A DNA stretch of 64,000 nt from Carcharhinus amblyrhynchos (Eukaryota), in contig OZ336885.1 of the NCBI GenBank assembly GCA_965287045.1, forward strand, positions 32,302,001 to 32,366,000, read 5' to 3'. Within the stretch, counting starts at the first letter, position 1. Each line of letters starts with the position of its first letter. The notes beneath the pieces are model-generated. The model was not told where the DNA came from, searched no databases, and was given only the letters and a program-made list of their open reading frames with translations. Below are positions 51,903 through 64,000 of this stretch, piece after piece. The translations under genes and the position numbers were made by a program.

Positions 51903-52207
51903 AAGTTTATTTATTAGTGTCACAAGTAGACATACATTAACAATGCAATGAAGTTGCTGTGAAAATCCCCTGGTCGCCACACTTCGATGCCTGTTTGGTT
52001 ACACTGAGGGAGAATTTTCACACGGCCAATGCACTTAACCAGTACGTCTTTCAGACTGTGGGAGGAAACTGGAGCACCCAGAGGAAACCCATGCAGACAT
52101 GGGGAGAACATGCAGGCTTGGCACAGACAGCGACCAAAGCCGGGACTCGAACCCAGTTCCCTGGTACTGTAAGGCAACAGTGCTAAATGTGCCAACATGC
52201 TGCCCCA
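51903..52207 (-). mobile_element. V-SINE with alternative tail
   Basis: Reverse complement aligns with 33188-33523. Confidence 0.9.
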
Positions 52208-52271
52208 TGCCTTTGGATTAGATTGAATAGAGTGGCCAGTTAAAAATGCTGCAAGGGCATAGTGAAACGAT

Positions 52272-52407
52272 GGGCAGGATTCTCCGACCACGTGTGCCCC
52301 AGGACCGGAATTTCCCAGCTGAGCTCAGCAGACCTTTAAATGGCCTGCTGGATTTTCTGTCTTGCTCACTACAATTCCTATGTTGGGTGAGATAGGAGAA
52401 ATTTAGC
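52272..52407 (+). mobile_element. ~125-bp MITE copy 3 (diverged)
   Basis: GGGCAGGATTCTCC start, GACCTTTAAATGG core, CTACAATTCCT..GGAGAAATT end. Confidence 0.6.
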
Positions 52408-52449
52408 TGATATGTCCAGGGTATTTAGTACATCTCTTTTGCCAGTGGA

Positions 52450-52850
52450 TGTGTGAGCCTTGGTTCAGCTGGTAGCAAGCTCATCTCTCAATGAGAAAGG
52501 TGTTCACTCGAGTCCTTTCCCAGGTCTTCAGCACAACAATCTAGTTTGATATTTCAGTATAGTACTGAAGTGCCAGCCTTTCAGATGAGAAATTATGCCC
52601 TGCCCACGTCTGCCCCCTCAGGTCAATGTTAAAAATCCCTCTCATTGTACTATTTTGGGAAGTATCTCCAGTACCCTGGCCAATACTTATCCCTCATCTA
52701 ATATCACTGAAACAGATTATCTGGTCTTTATTACATTGCTGTTTGTGGAAGCTTACTGTCTGCACATTAGCTGCCACATTTCCTATATTACAACAATGAC
52801 TACTATACTTCATTGCCTTGAAAAGCTCCATAAAAATGCAAGTTTTTCTC
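52450..52850 (+). mobile_element. Deu-domain SINE
   Basis: CCCTGGCCAATACTTATCCCTC..CAGATTATCTGGTC..ACATTGCTGTTTGTGG; aligns with 48062-48480. Confidence 0.8.
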
Positions 52851-52927
52851 TCTTATTTCTAATAGGGCAAATTGGTGCTGCAGAATGTTTAATGCCCTTA
52901 CCAGGGTAGGGCAACAGAAGAGGAACC

Positions 52928-53129
52928 TGATATGTATGATGGGGCATAGCCCCTTTAAGGGAATGGGTCAGGTGACTTGGTGTGTTGGGTGTGCTGGTTG
53001 GTAACCACGCTGTGTAGGCAGTCAACACTTGGACTGTGGAGCAAGTAGACCAAATAAAGATCTGTGTTCCCTGACCCCTGAATGTGGAGTAGTTCTTGAG
53101 GAGGCACCTCAGTACTCTGAGATTTAACA
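52928..53129 (+). mobile_element. Solo LTR (~200 bp)
   Basis: TG...AACA termini, CCCCTTTAAGGG box, AATAAA; flanks GAACC/GAATC form a 4/5-matching 5-bp TSD. Confidence 0.65.
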
Positions 53130-56100
53130 GAATCAGCCACCTCACCCATTTGCATCACTCAGATAATTATCAGATTATCTGTTTTCCAGTAGCTACTCAG
53201 GCTTTTCTTTGGAGAAATCATCTGCCAGCTCTACTTTGCTCTGATTGAAGGAAAAATATTGGTTGTTACTGAGGGAAGCTCCTCTTTTAAAGGAAAACAC
53301 ATAGTGCCATGTTATCTTTTCAGTCTACCCAAGAGTATAGAGGGGCCTCAGTTAAATGTTTCAGCAGAAAGATGGTTCTTCCATCAGCATTGGATTGCAC
53401 TGTCAGCTGAGGTTTTATACATAGGTTTCTAGATTTCGACTTGAGTATGCGACCTTCTAACTTTCCTGACTGCATTTTTCTCACAATCATGCTATTGTTC
53501 ATCCCCTATACAACACTGATATACATTTGAAGACAATAGGGACTAAATTCCTTGGAGATTTTACGTAAGTCTTGTATAAAAGATTTGGTCTTCCGAAATC
53601 CATTTTGCCAGATCTTAACAATTTTGGAGAGTGCCCAGGGTTTAATAAGGAATAGAACCCCAATCCCTGGAAATTATTAAACAAAGCATTCCCCCATGTT
53701 TGAGGGGAATGCAGCTCGTCCCATTCCTTGGAAACTACATTGGTCGTAAAAGGAATAGATGGGCAACTCAATCCCAAAATCCATGCCATGACTCTCAATT
53801 TATATCATGATCACGGGCAGGAAACAGTGGAGAATATAGGTGCATTCTTCATAATTGATCAAGAATCCTAGCAATAGCTATAATTAATGAACAAGGTATT
53901 ACACATTTTCTTTGAAGTGGTAAATAAGATGTATTAAATCTACTAACAAGGATTCTAACATTTTAAAGCAATTATTTTTACACTGGATTGTACCTAATTG
54001 GTTCAAATACAATCAGTCTCAGGCGTTGCAACACAGAAAATTTGCAAAGTTCTGGATTTTTCGAAGTTGTAGTGTCCTGCTATTGAAAAAATTAGGAATT
54101 TATGGGATCAAGCTACTTAAAGGCCATTAAAAATAATTGGTTGTCCGGTTACATCAATGTTATGCTGGATGATTGGGAACATAGCTATTTCAATTTAGTC
54201 AATGGGATGTATAAAGCATGTAGCCCAGGCAGCAGAAAGGAAAAGTCTCTCTTCTCCAAGCAGAGCTATGGATGTGAAATGGAGCTCTGTCCAGCATCAA
54301 GCCAGGTCCCAATGAATGGAAAGAGGCAGCTTTCGTGAATGTGGCACTGGCAATCTGTCGAATGCTGCTCATGGGGCTATGGTAAGAAACAAAAATGTCA
54401 CAATGAAGAGGCAAGCAAGCATTACTTTGATTTTGTGGACAAGGCATAGTGCTGAGACAGATTACAATGTGCTGTAAAATGTTCAAATTCGCTCCTTTTA
54501 TCTGTCCCATTGACTAAACTGCTCTGATCACAAGGCAGACAGGAAAGCTTCAAAAAGCAATACACAAGCACTACAGTTGGAAGTACCCAAGTCAAATTAG
54601 TCATTTTTTTTCAAATAATCAAAACCAGCAATTATTGCAAAATTAAACAAATTGCTCAAATAGTTTATCCACATTATTTTTATCCATCATTTACCTCTTC
54701 ACCTAGGTTATATAAACAACTGAAATTAGCACAATACAGAATTCTGGAAAACCTTTAAACTAAATTGAAACAGATCAATTAACATTAAAAATGTTGTCTG
54801 CATTGGTCTGTTTATGTGCAGAAATATATGGCTTACATCACAAACTATCTGCGCCTTGGGTGTTATGGATTTTTTTGCAGTTATATAGATAGATAAACAT
54901 AAATGTATTATATAGATATATACCTGCACTATAAATTTATGATATATTTATAAATATGTTGTACTCAATCTAAGCTATGAGCTTTCTCCAATTAGAATCC
55001 TAGTCAAGTGACACTCTCACATTATCATGTGGGCAGTACTATCTCTCCTGTCCTACACATTACTTTTTTCAGCCCTGAACACCTTAATACATCACTCCTC
55101 AAGTCTTTGTCCAAATATATTTTACATTTACATATTACCTCCTTCTCTCTCCAAGAATCTGACTTCATCAGTCTGGAGGACAGTGCCTGATAGTGCCCTT
55201 ATGAGGCTTAAAAGTTTGGTCATCTCCTCTTGGACTTATATGAGTTGACTTGGTTGGTCTTCATTGCAGTATCTGGTGCACTGTTTGTTTGACTTTTATG
55301 CTAAGAAAAGGTAAGAGCAAGGGTTCCAACGTTGACCCCTTGGGGACTCCACTACAAACATTCCTCCAATCTGAAAACGGACTACTTATCACTACAGAGC
55401 TTACATTTATTTTTCACACTGACTTCATTGCAGTGTTAATGTAAGCCTGCTTGTGAACTAATAATTATAAACTTAAACTTACCCTTGGTTTCCAAACACT
55501 CAGATAATTTCTCATCCAAGTACCTCCTTTATCCTTTATTCCATGAGCTAAAATTTTACTCAGGAACAAAAGTTGTACTCAAAGTTCCCTCTAAAATGTT
55601 GTGTGTGGTCAACTTTCTTTCAGTAAACGTTACCTTTTTACGCCACGGCTCATGCCCAGCATTTCACAGCCAGTGTGCTATCTTACAGGCTACTGTGCAG
55701 TTGGGCACACACACCCAGCTGAGTGGTGACATTGGTTGTACCACATGTCACCGATGTACTATATTTCTTCCTTAAATTAATGGTCTTGCAATGAATCCAA
55801 ACTATTGTTGTCGGATCCACAAGGTAGAATATTGTGAGTCCTAAAGTGTCCCAAAGCAACACAAGAAATTTTCTAATTGTCTCAGTTATTTCAACTGTGC
55901 AATTAGCAGCGCAGATTAAAGCCTAAACCAGTCAGACATCAATACCACTGTCTGAAAGCATATCATGGAAGTGGAAGCTTAAATTTTTCATACCAACAAT
56001 ACTACATCAAATATTGTTTATTTTTAACCCAGACCCTGGCGATAAGTTTTTAAATTGTATTCACTGTGCGTCAGTGAATTAACCAGTGCTGAGGCGACTA

Positions 56101-56548
56101 TACTGATTACGCACATCAATATCTTTCAGCACCTTAATATGTGAACACCAAACAGTGATTTATGCACACAGACAGTACAAAGACAGTTTGATTTCACTCT
56201 GTCAGCAATCTGAGCCCTTGCTGATGGAGACCGAATGCAGGCTGTGAGATCAGTTACGTTGATTCTCATGCCAAATTCTCAGCATACCACACGTGGTGAT
56301 CTGGGAGACCGAACGAAGCTGCAGGCATGCTTGGGCCCCATTTACAGAGAAAAAAATTAGTACCTTACTGGCAAGTTAGAGTTCCTATTATTGGTTGAAG
56401 TAATTATTTTATAAATTAGCAAATTTGATATTGCATTTTGCTCACGCGTTATCTGGAGCCCAAATTGCCTCCTTGTTGTGATGAGGAAGGGTAGGCTCCA
56501 ATTATTGTTCATGGTAGCACTATCCAATGCCCACAGTTTTTAGATATA

Positions 56549-56882
56549 GGTTGGAATTTTCCAACTGTCCCCCCAGTAGGATATCCTGGCCCCGCCAACA
56601 GTGAATCTGACCATGGGTTCTCTGGCGGCAGAGAGTGCACAAACAAACAGGAAATCCTGTTGACAGTGGCACGATTAGGAGATCCTGCTGCTAGCCAATG
56701 GCAAGCCACCTCTGCTGCCGTAAAACACTTTGCAGAGTTGGGGGCGGTAGTGGGGGGGGAGAGAGTTTCTGGCTGCACTCGCTCCAAGGCCTGAAATCCT
56801 GCCCGAGATCAACGGACCTTTGCATGGTCAATGTCCTGCCCGCTACAATTCCTGTGGCAGGTGGGATGGAAAAATTCTGCCC
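56549..56882 (+). mobile_element. Composite of Harbinger-like MITEs; ~56753-56882 is ~125-bp MITE copy 4
   Basis: GGTTGGAATTTTCC start; core GATCAACGGACCTTTGCATGGTC; AAAATTCTGCCC end. Confidence 0.7.
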
Positions 56883-57017
56883 TCAGTGTTCAACACTGAA
56901 GGAAATAATTGCAATGGTACTGGCACAATGCAGCATTGCACTGGCAGGTTTAAAGTAAACATTTAATGCTTAATTTTGGAAAAAGCACCAAGCACAATAT
57001 GAAAATAGTGGTATAGA

Positions 57018-57490
57018 CACATGGAACATAGGAGCCATTTGGCTCTTCAAACCTGCTCCGCCATTCATTACGATCATGGCTGATCATCCAACTCAATAAC
57101 CTAATCCTGATTTCTCCCCATAACCTTTGATCCCATTCACCCCAACTGCTATATCCAGCCGCCTCTTAGGCTACATTCAATGCTTTGGCATCAACTACTT
57201 CCTGTGCTAATGAATTCCACAAGCTCACCATTCTTTGGGTGAAGAAATGTTTCTTCACCTCCATCCTAAGTGGTCTACCCTGAATCCTCAGACTGTGACT
57301 CCTAGTTCTGGATTCCCCCACCATCGGGAATATCCTCCCTGCATCTACCCTGTCTAGGGCTGTTTGAATTTTATCAGTGTCTATGAGATTCCCCCACGCT
57401 CATCTGAATCCAGCGAAAGCAATCTTAACCTAGTCAATCTCTCCTCATACATCGGTCCTGCCATGCCCAGAATCAGCCTGGTAAATCTTC
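57018..57490 (-). mobile_element. CR1 3' fragment
   Basis: GAACATAGGAG..CCTGCTCCGCCATTCA..GATCATGGCTGATC..GGGTGAAGAAATG..CTACCCTGTCTAG. Confidence 0.85.
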
Positions 57491-58542
57491 TGTATGAAGT
57501 TATTAACTTTAACTCAACCAACTGCTAGTCAAAAGTACCAATAATTACTTGATCACTTCAACAGTTCAGTTGGCTAAATGGCTAGTGTGCAGAATAAAGT
57601 CAGTGGTATGGGTTTAATCTCCATACTGGCTATGGTAGTTCATGAAGGTATGCCTCCTTGCCTTCTCCAATACATGATGCAGAGTGATGCCCCTCAGGCT
57701 ATGTAACCACTTATCTCTCGAACAATGAATGATGCTTATGATCCCTCATGGGCCAAGGCTAATTACCTATTAAGCATTACCTAAACGTAGCTGATGTATG
57801 AAAACTTCAAGTCTGGGAAAATGATCCTTCTAATCTGAAATAGTTAACAGCAAATTATTACACAAACAAAAACATTACCAGCATTTCTAAGCATTTTTCT
57901 CATCAGTTTATTGACACTTACAATATATGCCTAAAAGTCAATTGTAGAATTTCAAGAATTGAATTGGTGTAGAATCTAATGGAAGTAGCAGTATTTGATG
58001 ACAATTTCTGACACAAAATGCAAGAGATAGCCTGCAGCTTTCAGGAACACATTTTGAACAGAAATCAAGACACATAGGCTAGACCTCCTTTGGTTCTCTT
58101 CACACACAGAAAAGATACAGCAAACTACTTCAGGTCAGCGTAACTGCTGTAAATAATTCATGAGCTTTCTGCCTGGATTTCCTTAGGAATGTAGTGCGAA
58201 GCCTTGATGTACTCTCCTTTTTCTCTTCGATTCAGTTTGATTTGGCTAAAGCCTTTCATCACTAATTCTTCCTGCACCATGCAGAGTCAGGTTTCATAGA
58301 ATTTTACTTTAAGATGTTGCATAATTAAACCAGCACTTGCACAACTTCAGATATTTAATCCTGCCTGCCAAATGACTGCAAAAATCAAAGTTGGTTGGTG
58401 ATGAGAATCTTGCTTTTATTTACTTTAAAAACAAGTATTTGGTCTGTGTTAATACTTTCTGGACCAAAACAAGTTGCATTCAGCATTCGTTTAACAAAGA
58501 GTTAGACATCAAATGATGCAGCAACGGGCAGTAATTAATTAC

Positions 58543-58870
58543 ATAGAATCCCTACAGTGCAGAAGGAGGCCATTGGCCCATCAAGTCTGCACCAACCTTC
58601 TGAAGAGCATCTCACTCAATCCAAACTCCTAACCCATCCCCAGAATCCAGTGCATCCACCATAGCTAATCCACATAACCTACACACTAGGGAAAATTTAG
58701 CATGACCAATCCACCTAGCCTGCACATCATTGGAGTGTGGGAGTTACTGGAGGAAATCCACGCAGATATGGCGAGAACGTGCAAACTACACACATTCACT
58801 CGAGGCCGGAATTGAACCCAGGTCCCTGGTGCTGTGAGGCAGCAGTGCTAACCACTGTGTTGCCATGCCC
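58543..58870 (-). mobile_element. HE1-type V-SINE
   Basis: ATAGAATCCCTACAGTGCAGAAGGAGGCCATT tail and GCTGTGAGGCAGCAGTGCTAACCACTGTG head, both in reverse complement. Confidence 0.9.
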
Positions 58871-59567
58871 CCCCACATTTCACACACTGGGAGAGGTTTG
58901 ATCATTTCCCCCTGCTGAGGGGCAATAATACTCAGGACATTCCAAAATACATTACACCAATAAAGAAGTAAGCCCAGCTACAACGTAAACAAAAATTCAA
59001 ATTGTTAGTGGGTTGAATGGAGAGAGTGAATGTTTCAGTGGGTTTCTCTCTCCACAGATGCTACCCCACTTGCTGACTGCCTTTCAGCATGAACTCTTTT
59101 TATTTTGGAGTTCCAGCATCCACAGTACTTTAAAATTTTGTTTCATTGTGTTGAACATGCCCAATTTAAACTGCCCACTGAATTCTGGTTGATTGGCAGG
59201 AGAAGCTGGAGTGGGGAGTAGATCAGAAGGAGCAGAATGTGAAAGTTTCCAAGCTGAAATGTCATCAATCAGTCAGATAAACTCGTTTGGGACAAGACTC
59301 GCATTCATTCTAAATCTCATGTCAACTCCATGCTGGGAGTGCAAATTGAGCAGTTTAACACATGCCCATGCAAAGAAATAATTTGTAAAACTGATATTAT
59401 AGATTAGTTTATGCTTTGGTGAGATAAATTTTAAGAAGAACAGAATGAAAATTTAGATCTTTGCAATCTCAGCATCTTATTCCAGCTTGAACTGAGGTAC
59501 CCACCCAATATCACATTCACTACAAAGACTTGCTTACATTCACCACCATAACATTCTGCCTGTCTCC

Positions 59568-61260
59568 TGTTCACCAGTTAGGTAAGTAACAACTGTAATA
59601 TTTATTTACATCTAACTGTATTACAGAGGCTTGCAGCCTCATGACTGCCTGTCAGCTTCGGAGTAGGTTCTGGAACTAAAACATGAGCTCATCAGAATGA
59701 TCCTCCATCCTGTGCTTTGGTTCCCTAGGTCATGTGACCTTTACTCTGCAGATTGATCCATAAAGGGACAATCACCACACCCCTCCCCCTTCAATCCTTT
59801 TTTGCAAATGTTAATACTCACTTTACACAATCCAAGATAATCGAATGTTTAATACATGAATTTAGTCAATTATAAATTAAGTCTTTTAGTGGCTTTGCAA
59901 ATCTTTGTGGACCATCTTAACTCCTCCATCTGGGGCACTTCCACAGGATGGCTATTAGCTGAAACCACAACGAGAGATGTCTTTTCAGGACAGGCAGTTC
60001 AGTTTCCATGGTTGGTTGTGCCTTCCACAAGGTACTTTAGTGCTTGGATAGTCAATAACATTGCCAAATGGAAATATAGCTTCAGATGGCAGTACTGGCC
60101 ACTGGGGCAACTCTCACTCTCTCAGATGACCTATGTATTTCCAGATGATCCTTCCTTCTACATTCACTTGATAAGACATGGGTCCAGTTTTGGATACAGT
60201 GACTTCAGGGACCCAACTGGATCCACCTCCAAAATTCCTCACATACATGGTCTCAACCACTGCAAACAGCCATGTTGACTGATATGAATCATGTTTTGTC
60301 TCTGACTGGCCTCCACCCTCCCTGGCAAATTTGGAAACATGAGGCTCAGTGTCATTCTGGAGAGGATAGTTCTTGCATGTGGAGTGGTCCTATAGTCCAG
60401 AAGGAATCATGAGATTCTGGTCTCTAGGGTTCCTCCTGATTTCTTCTTCTGGACAGACTTAAAGGTGTGGATGGTTCATTCAGCTAGTCCATTGGAAGCT
60501 GGGTGATAAAGCACAGTCCTACTCTGCTTGATACCATTGAGGGCAGTGAAGTTCTGAAACTCAGCACTGTTTCATTATCAGACACTATGGATGGCATTTT
60601 CCCATCCCACCCACCACAGGAATCGGAGCGGACAGGTGAGTGGACCATGCAAATGTCCATTGAGTTTAGGCAGAATTTTATGATCCTGGGGCTAGGGTAG
60701 CCAGAGAATTCCACGCTGACTTCACATCAGTGGAAAAACAATGGCATAATTTCTCAGCTGCAGCGTGCGGTATTGGTGACTTTCCCTCAAACACTTCCAT
60801 CCACTTTAAATGTGCATCGACAAGGAGCAAAACATTGTGCCCATGAATGAACCAACATAATAAATATGGACCCATAGCCACGGCTGTCTTCTCACTCTAT
60901 TCATGAATGCATTTGCCTCCCATTTTAAAATTCCATCTCCATTTTTGGTGCCACTGTCGATTGCAACTTCTCATTCTAATAAACTTTGAAAACCCTGTGC
61001 ACTCTTCTCAGTGCTCTCCATCATCAGCACCATCTCTGGTACCTTTATAAAATTTATCTCTGCACTGCTAATAGCTTCCTTTGGATGGCTTCATTACTGT
61101 CTCCACAGCCCAAACAGTCCTGCAGCATATCATTGAGTGTGGCTCTGAAGTCTCAGAGCTCTGAGATCTGTCTTTATTTGGTAAATCAAGTTTTCCCAGG
61201 AGCTCTCTCACTTGAGTTAAACTTAAATCACTGCAATATTACTGATGGTTTCAGGTAGAA
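59568..61260 (-). mobile_element. Internally deleted Ty3/Gypsy element: gag fragment, integrase fragment, PPT and 3' LTR
   Basis: gag DFRATLNDMLQDCLGCGDSNEAIQRKLLA (~61030-61250); integrase LLVDAHLKWMEVFE..EKLCHCFST / IVSDNETV (~60300-60900); PPT AAGGGGGAGGGG (59780-59791) abutting an LTR TGTGGTGA...AACA (~59568-59779). Confidence 0.8.
60589..60716 (-). mobile_element. ~125-bp MITE copy 5, inserted into the Gypsy integrase
   Basis: GACCATGCAAATGTCCATTGA core (reverse orientation); separates the FST and IVSDN integrase segments. Confidence 0.75.
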
Positions 61261-61783
61261 GTGTGTTTGCACTATGTCAGTGAATGACCTGGAGTTGGGC
61301 ATGCTTGGGGATGTCAGGCCCCTTCTATCTCTCATGTGGACATAAAAACATGTCAAATAAAAATAGGAGAGTTATCCTTGATGTCCTGGCCCATATATTC
61401 TCTCCAGTAATAAGATAAAAAAGATTTTGCTAATCATTGTTACCCCTACTGTTTATGGGAGTTGGCTGTGCATAAACTGATTGTCATTTTTCTCAAACAG
61501 GAACAAAGCACTTTGGGACATCCAGTGAACTTGGAAGGTGAAACATAAATGCAAGCCTGTCTTTTTAACAGCAATATGTACCTGATCTATAATATTTTTT
61601 AACTTGTGATGAATACATTCAACAGTCATCACAACTACTTCTAACTGGTTACAGTACATCAGCTTCATTTGTTGGTGATAGAAGTTAGATTCTGCGCTGG
61701 AGCGCAATCCATTAAAATAATACCTTCTTAGGCACGTTCTACAGTTCCCATTCAAAGTTTCTGGGCAAAGTCAATTTGTTATT

Positions 61784-61985
61784 TGTTAACAATATATTTA
61801 TAATGTTTAATTGCATGTGAATGGTGGGCATTAACTGGAGATTCACTTGCGCTCCTTTAAATAGGAACAGATTGAAAATGTTTGGTTGGGTTAGGAGGTG
61901 TATGTTTGTGATGTGCACCCCTGCACATTGTATAAAGACTGGCTCTAATTCTATCCTTCACCACCTGGCTTTGTGGAGTGTAGCA
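61784..61985 (+). mobile_element. Probable solo LTR related to the Copia LTR at 33820-34020
   Basis: TGTT...GCA termini and collinear similarity to 33850-34020; no clear TSD. Confidence 0.55.
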
Positions 61986-62159
61986 ATACTCTCCTGTGCA
62001 CGTAATTTAATAAGTAATAAAAAGGGGAAGATTGTCATCCCCTACACCCATGGTATATGCATGGACTATAAGTTGGAAAATGGCACACCGCCTGTATTTG
62101 CTTAAACATCTTTATATGCAGAAACTCATAGATTGCTCATGTGCAATTTTCTGAAATTA

Positions 62160-62490
62160 ACTGCATGAAGGCCTTGAAGTAACTTTGCTCGTTTGTAGAT
62201 GAAACAAAGATATGTACAAAAGGATGAATCCTGGATTAAAAGAAAATAAATTGCAGGTACAGCTGGATGTCACAAGGGAATGTATGTCTGCAAGATGTCT
62301 GTTATTATAGACAAAAGAAGTATGAAGCACTCGGGTAGATGCAACTCCAAGCATGAATGCTGAGCAGGAAGAGGACTAGAGATCATTGTGCACCAGTCTT
62401 TGAAGGTTCTTGATCAGTGCCATGAGGCTATTGTAAAGGAAAAACAGTATCTGGATGTATTGTGAATTAAACATAAAGCAAGAACCACTT
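62160..62490 (+). mobile_element. Very old CR1-type RT fragment
   Basis: Residual FVDETKI and GLEIIVHQSLKVLDQCHEAIVK motifs. Confidence 0.5.
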
Positions 62491-63019
62491 CAGTCAGATG
62501 ATCTCCAGAATGCAGACACTGGGACAGTTCAGCAAATAAATCTTTTGCAGTAAAATCTATTTGACAGACATCCACGGTCATGCATTGCGTTTAAAAATGG
62601 AATCGTTATGCAGTGATGCATCTTTAAATTTTTACTTTAAGATATAAAAATCTTCTTTATTCATTATCAATGACACGGAAAATACTGTTCCTGACAGCTC
62701 CTGCTTCCAACATTCGCTTTTTTCACACATAAATCAAAGGTTTTAGATAAAATTAATACTTGAAGCTACTTCACTGCATTCTGGTCTTCACCCTGGTTAC
62801 AGAGAGAGAAATCACAAGCAAAGATCATCACTGTGAAATCTAAAACTAATCCCCGTTCATTACAAGAAGTCAAATCTCACAACAGACAGTTCAGGATTTA
62901 CAAATGCTTCATTTTCCCCTTCTCTCCTGATGCCTTGCACTCACTCATATTAGGCTATGGCTCTGCAGGTGACAGGAGAAACAAATTATAATCTGATATT
63001 CACCATGCTTTATTCTTTA

Positions 63020-63565
63020 AGGGGAAGCAATGGCAATGTCATTGGACTAGTGTAATCCAGAGGCCCTACTAATGCTCTGGAGACAGTTTCAAATCCCATC
63101 ACTGCAGCTAATGAATTTAAATTCAACTAATAAATCTGGAAATCTAGTCCCAGAAATGGTCTTGTCAATTGTTGTAAAAACCTATTCTGTTCACTAAGAA
63201 TCTTTCAGGGAGTAAACACTATGTCCTTATCTAGAGATGTGACTCCAGACCTGCAGTAATGTTGCTGACTCTTAACCGCATTTATAAGATTAAGGAGCAA
63301 AATTAGGCTATTCAGTCCATTGAGACCAAGCGCCATTCAATCATGGCTCGATGATATGCTCCTCATCCCCATTTTCCTGTCTTCTCCCCATAATCCTCCA
63401 ACTCATTACCAATTAAAAAATCTGTCTAACTCCTCCTTAAGTTTACTCATTGCCCTAGTATCCAATGCACTTTGGGGTAGTGAATTCCATAGATTCAAAG
63501 CCCTTTGGCAGAAGGGTTTCTCCTCAACTCTGTTTCAAATTTTCTACCCCATATCTGAAGACTAT
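63020..63565. mobile_element. SINE (63020-63280, plus strand) abutting a CR1 3' fragment (63285-63565, minus strand)
   Basis: TAATCCAGAGGCCC..GTGACTCCAGACC; CGCCATTCAATCATGGCT..GTAGTGAATTCCATAGATTC. Confidence 0.75.
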
Positions 63566-63659
63566 ATATAGTTTGCTTGATCATTTAGCCAAAAATAACC
63601 CACGCAGACCACCTGGTTTTGACTGAGAATCAGTAACAGCGCACCCAACCCTGTAAATC

Positions 63660-64000
63660 CCGTAGAATCCTTCTTGCTAACTGCAAGGAGCTGGTGCAAA
63701 AATTGAGACAGCTCTCACACATAGCAATAGCCTGACCTAGTCATACTCATCAAATCATTCCTTGCATAGTCCTCCATCACCATCCCTGGGAAAGTCCTGA
63801 CCAACCGGCAGCACGGACCCTCAAGAGGTGTCAGACAGCACAGTGATACAGACTCAGGAGGGAGTTACTCTGGGAGTTCATAACATTAACTCTAGGCTCC
63901 AAGAAGTCTCATGGCATCAAGTTGAACATGGACAAAGCAACCTCCTGCTGAGTACCATCTATCTGTTCAATTGTGCATGTAGGGGTGACCACCACACAGC
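63660..64000 (+). mobile_element. CR1-like (family B) AP-endonuclease N-terminal remnant
   Basis: PDLVILIKSFL..SITIPGKVLTNRQ..QEGVTLGVHNINSRLQEVSWHQVEHGQSNLLLSTI. Confidence 0.75.

Larger units (their letters stand above)
50922..53243 (+). repeat. Two copies of a 50-bp direct repeat (50922-50971 and 53194-53243)
   Basis: TACTCAG.CTTTTCTT.GGAGAAATCATCTGCCAG.TCTACTTTGCTCTG, 47/50 identical. Confidence 0.85.

Noticed and set aside
54295-54381. 87-nt plus-strand AG..GTAAGA segment open in one frame (IKPGPNEWKEAAFVNVALAICRMLLMGL)
   Set aside because: The pyrimidine tract is short, I recognise no homologue, and it is on the opposite strand to the other exon candidates. It is indistinguishable from chance.
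55725-55752. Short hairpin GGTGACAT-TGGT/ACCA-C-ATGTCACC
   Set aside because: A 12-bp bulged stem is expected by chance in 64 kb, and there is no supporting context.
1-64000. Prokaryotic-style systems (CRISPR arrays, operons, defence islands, retrons)
   Set aside because: There are no regularly spaced repeats and no dense coding structure. The RT motifs present belong to vertebrate retrotransposons.

Overview
This is eukaryotic, AT-rich, CpG-depleted DNA. Its repeat content (HE1/V-SINEs, Deu-domain SINEs, HER1/CR1 LINEs, Rex1, Penelope-like elements, Harbinger-type MITEs) points to a cartilaginous fish, most likely a shark. I could not identify any multi-exon host gene, so the window reads as a large intron or gene desert in which roughly half the sequence is decayed, often nested transposons. 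Nearly all ORFs in the supplied track are transposon remnants or chance ORFs. The best non-trivial discovery is an intronless copy of the mitochondrial complex I gene NDUFS5 (34205-34501, minus strand) whose ORF is still open. It has no poly(A) tail and sits between two LTR sequences inside a decayed GalEa-type Ty1/Copia retrotransposon, which was itself later split by a CR1 insertion. Also notable: a 22-bp-arm hairpin in a repeat-free, CpG-retaining island (13946-14003); Penelope-like elements with inverted termini and hammerhead-like remnants; a local inverted duplication; a ~125-bp MITE family (5 copies); and solo LTRs. I do not see a convincing wholly new biological system. Family assignments come from recalled consensus motifs, not database searches, and most repeat boundaries are approximate (tens of bp).
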